A stretch of DNA of 64,000 nt from Desulfobacterales bacterium. GTDB lineage: Bacteria > Desulfobacterota > Desulfobacteria > Desulfobacterales > UBA5852. The stretch lies in contig CAXXVS010000002.1 of assembly GCA_963674755.2 (NCBI GenBank), positions 384,001-448,000 of the forward strand, written 5' to 3'. Below are positions 62,555-64,000 of this stretch, piece by piece (the stretch's first letter is position 1; each line of letters starts with the position of its first letter). The position numbers were made by a program, and so were the translations under genes. Below the pieces are notes generated by a model. The model was not told the origin of the DNA. It saw nothing but the letters and a program-made list of their open reading frames with translations, and searched no databases.

Positions 62555-64000
62555 TTACTCGGCGGCATGGGTCCGCAAAAACTGGGCGGGTTTGCGGGCC
62601 ATGATAGCGCGCGAGGCGGTCAAACCCACCGCGACCACCACGGCCATGCCGGCGGCCATGCCCAAAAGGGACGCCTCCAGGTAGGGGTGGTAGGGCATGT
62701 CAAAATAGCGGGTGCAGACCACCCAGCTGATGAGGTGGGCCAGCAGCAGCCCGCCCAGGGCGCTGGCGCCCCCCAGCAGGAGGTTTTCCAACGAGAACAC
62801 ATAAACCACAAAGCGGCGCCGGGCGCCAAGGATTTTATAATAGACGGCCTCGCGGATGCGGGCCGCGCGGGTGGCGATGACCGAGCTGATCAGCAGCAGG
62901 ATGCCGGCGGCCATGCTGAAAAGGGTGAAAAAGCGAATGGCCTGAGTGAACCGCTTCAAGGCCGCCGCGACCTGCCGGATGGACTGGCTCACATCCAGAA
63001 CGGTGACATTGGGCAGGGCCTGGACGACACGGTTCTGGAGGGCGGCCGCCTCGTGCGGGTCGACGCGCAACGCCGTGAAAATGGTCTGGGGGGCTTTTTG
63101 GAGCACGGCATCCGGGAACACGAAATAGAAAAAGGGCTGCATGCTTTCCCGTATGCGGGTGCGGATGCTGGAAACGACCGCCTCCAGGGGAACCCCCTGA
63201 ATTTTGAAGCGCAGGCGGTCGCCGATGTGGATGTTGCCGATTTCGGCCACCCGATCCAGCACGGAGACCTGGAACTGGCCGCCGTCGGATTTAAAGAGGG
63301 ACTTGCCCCGGATGATTTTCTCGTCATCGAGAAGATGATGGCGGTAGGTCAGGTTGAAGGGGCGGGCCAGATTGTCGCTTTTGCGCTGGCGCTCCCGGGC
63401 CGGATCGATGGCCCGGCCGTTGATGGCCATCAGTTTGGCGCGCACCACCGGATAGAATTCCAGGGGCCGGTCCACGAGTCTGGTAAAAGCGGCCACCTGA
63501 TCCGGCTGGATATCGAGGAAGAAAAGATTGGGGGCATCGGCGGGATAGGCCTCCACAAAGGTGGCATCCAGGTTTCTTTCGATCAGGAAAATGGCGAAGA
63601 TGATGGTGAGGGAGGCTGTCAGGGTTACCAGGATGGGCTGGGTGGCGTTGCGGGGGCGGAAAAGGCCGCGGATGGCCTGCCGGACGGCCAGCCGGCGGGC
63701 CGGAAACCGTTGCAGGGCTTTTAGAAAGACCCATACGCCCACGAAGACAATGCCCACCAGGGCCAGGATACCGCCGATGAAATAGCTGCCCGTACGCCAA
63801 TCCGCGAGGTGCCAGAGGACCAGGCCGATAAAGAACAACAGGGTCAGGGCCACCACCAGCCATTCGCCGGGATAAAGGCGGTGGGAGCGCTTTTCGTGCC
63901 GCAAGAGGGCCGAGGGTTTGAAATGCCGCAGGCCCAGCAGGGGGCGGGCGGCAAAAAGGCCCACGGCCAGCAAACCGATGACGAAGCTTTGGCCCACGGC
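62555..64000 (-). CDS. ybbP: ABC transporter permease, FtsX/YbbP family (start lies beyond window end)
   Basis: APNLFFLDIQPDQ, NLTY, multi-TM C-terminus, KILGA; linked to tesA. Confidence 0.82.
   Translation of the reverse strand, partial: AVGQSFVIGLLAVGLFAARPLLGLRHFKPSALLRHEKRSHRLYPGEWLVVALTLLFFIGLVLWHLADWRTGSYFIGGILALVGIVFVGVWVFLKALQRFPARRLAVRQAIRGLFRPRNATQPILVTLTASLTIIFAIFLIERNLDATFVEAYPADAPNLFFLDIQPDQVAAFTRLVDRPLEFYPVVRAKLMAINGRAIDPARERQRKSDNLARPFNLTYRHHLLDDEKIIRGKSLFKSDGGQFQVSVLDRVAEIGNIHIGDRLRFKIQGVPLEAVVSSIRTRIRESMQPFFYFVFPDAVLQKAPQTIFTALRVDPHEAAALQNRVVQALPNVTVLDVSQSIRQVAAALKRFTQAIRFFTLFSMAAGILLLISSVIATRAARIREAVYYKILGARRRFVVYVFSLENLLLGGASALGGLLLAHLISWVVCTRYFDMPYHPYLEASLLGMAAGMAVVVAVGLTASRAIMARKPAQFLRTHAAE

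Overview
GC-rich bacterial chromosomal segment. Gene content and synteny suggest an anaerobic Desulfobacterota (Desulfobacterales-like) organism (inference). 1-11 kb is core housekeeping: hisB, a lipoprotein, hisA, dnaG, rpoD with a long Lys/Ala-rich N-terminus, tRNA(CAT), Nif3-like and C4 zinc-ribbon genes, RNase P RNA, an HPr-domain protein and ispD. 11-17 kb holds a hoxEFUYHW bidirectional [NiFe] hydrogenase operon, followed by a TIGR00725-like gene, a Trx-fold/TrxB fusion and a putative Na+/H+ antiporter. 21.9-44 kb is a plus-strand signalling/transport island: 4 histidine kinases, 1 sigma54 activator, 6 stand-alone receivers, a REC-CBS protein, a frameshifted TauE exporter, two DASS permeases and a PEP-synthase-like dikinase lacking the pyruvate barrel. 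44-60.5 kb is a minus-strand carbon/energy-stress block: Pat-like ACD-GNAT, AcuB, USPs, CstA, CBM48, PPi-type PFK, an FBP aldolase/phosphatase missing its aldolase residues, an ArsA-type ATPase and a second kinase/sigma54-activator pair. SprT-DUF2786, tesA and a partial ybbP close the window. The DNA shows six well-spaced sigma54 promoters in two groups: TGT-N11-ACA enhancers for the island, and TTCGCA-N4-TGCGAA enhancers shared by the hox, cmk-like and pat operons. No CRISPR, rRNA or mobile element was seen. All family calls are from motif recognition, not database searches.
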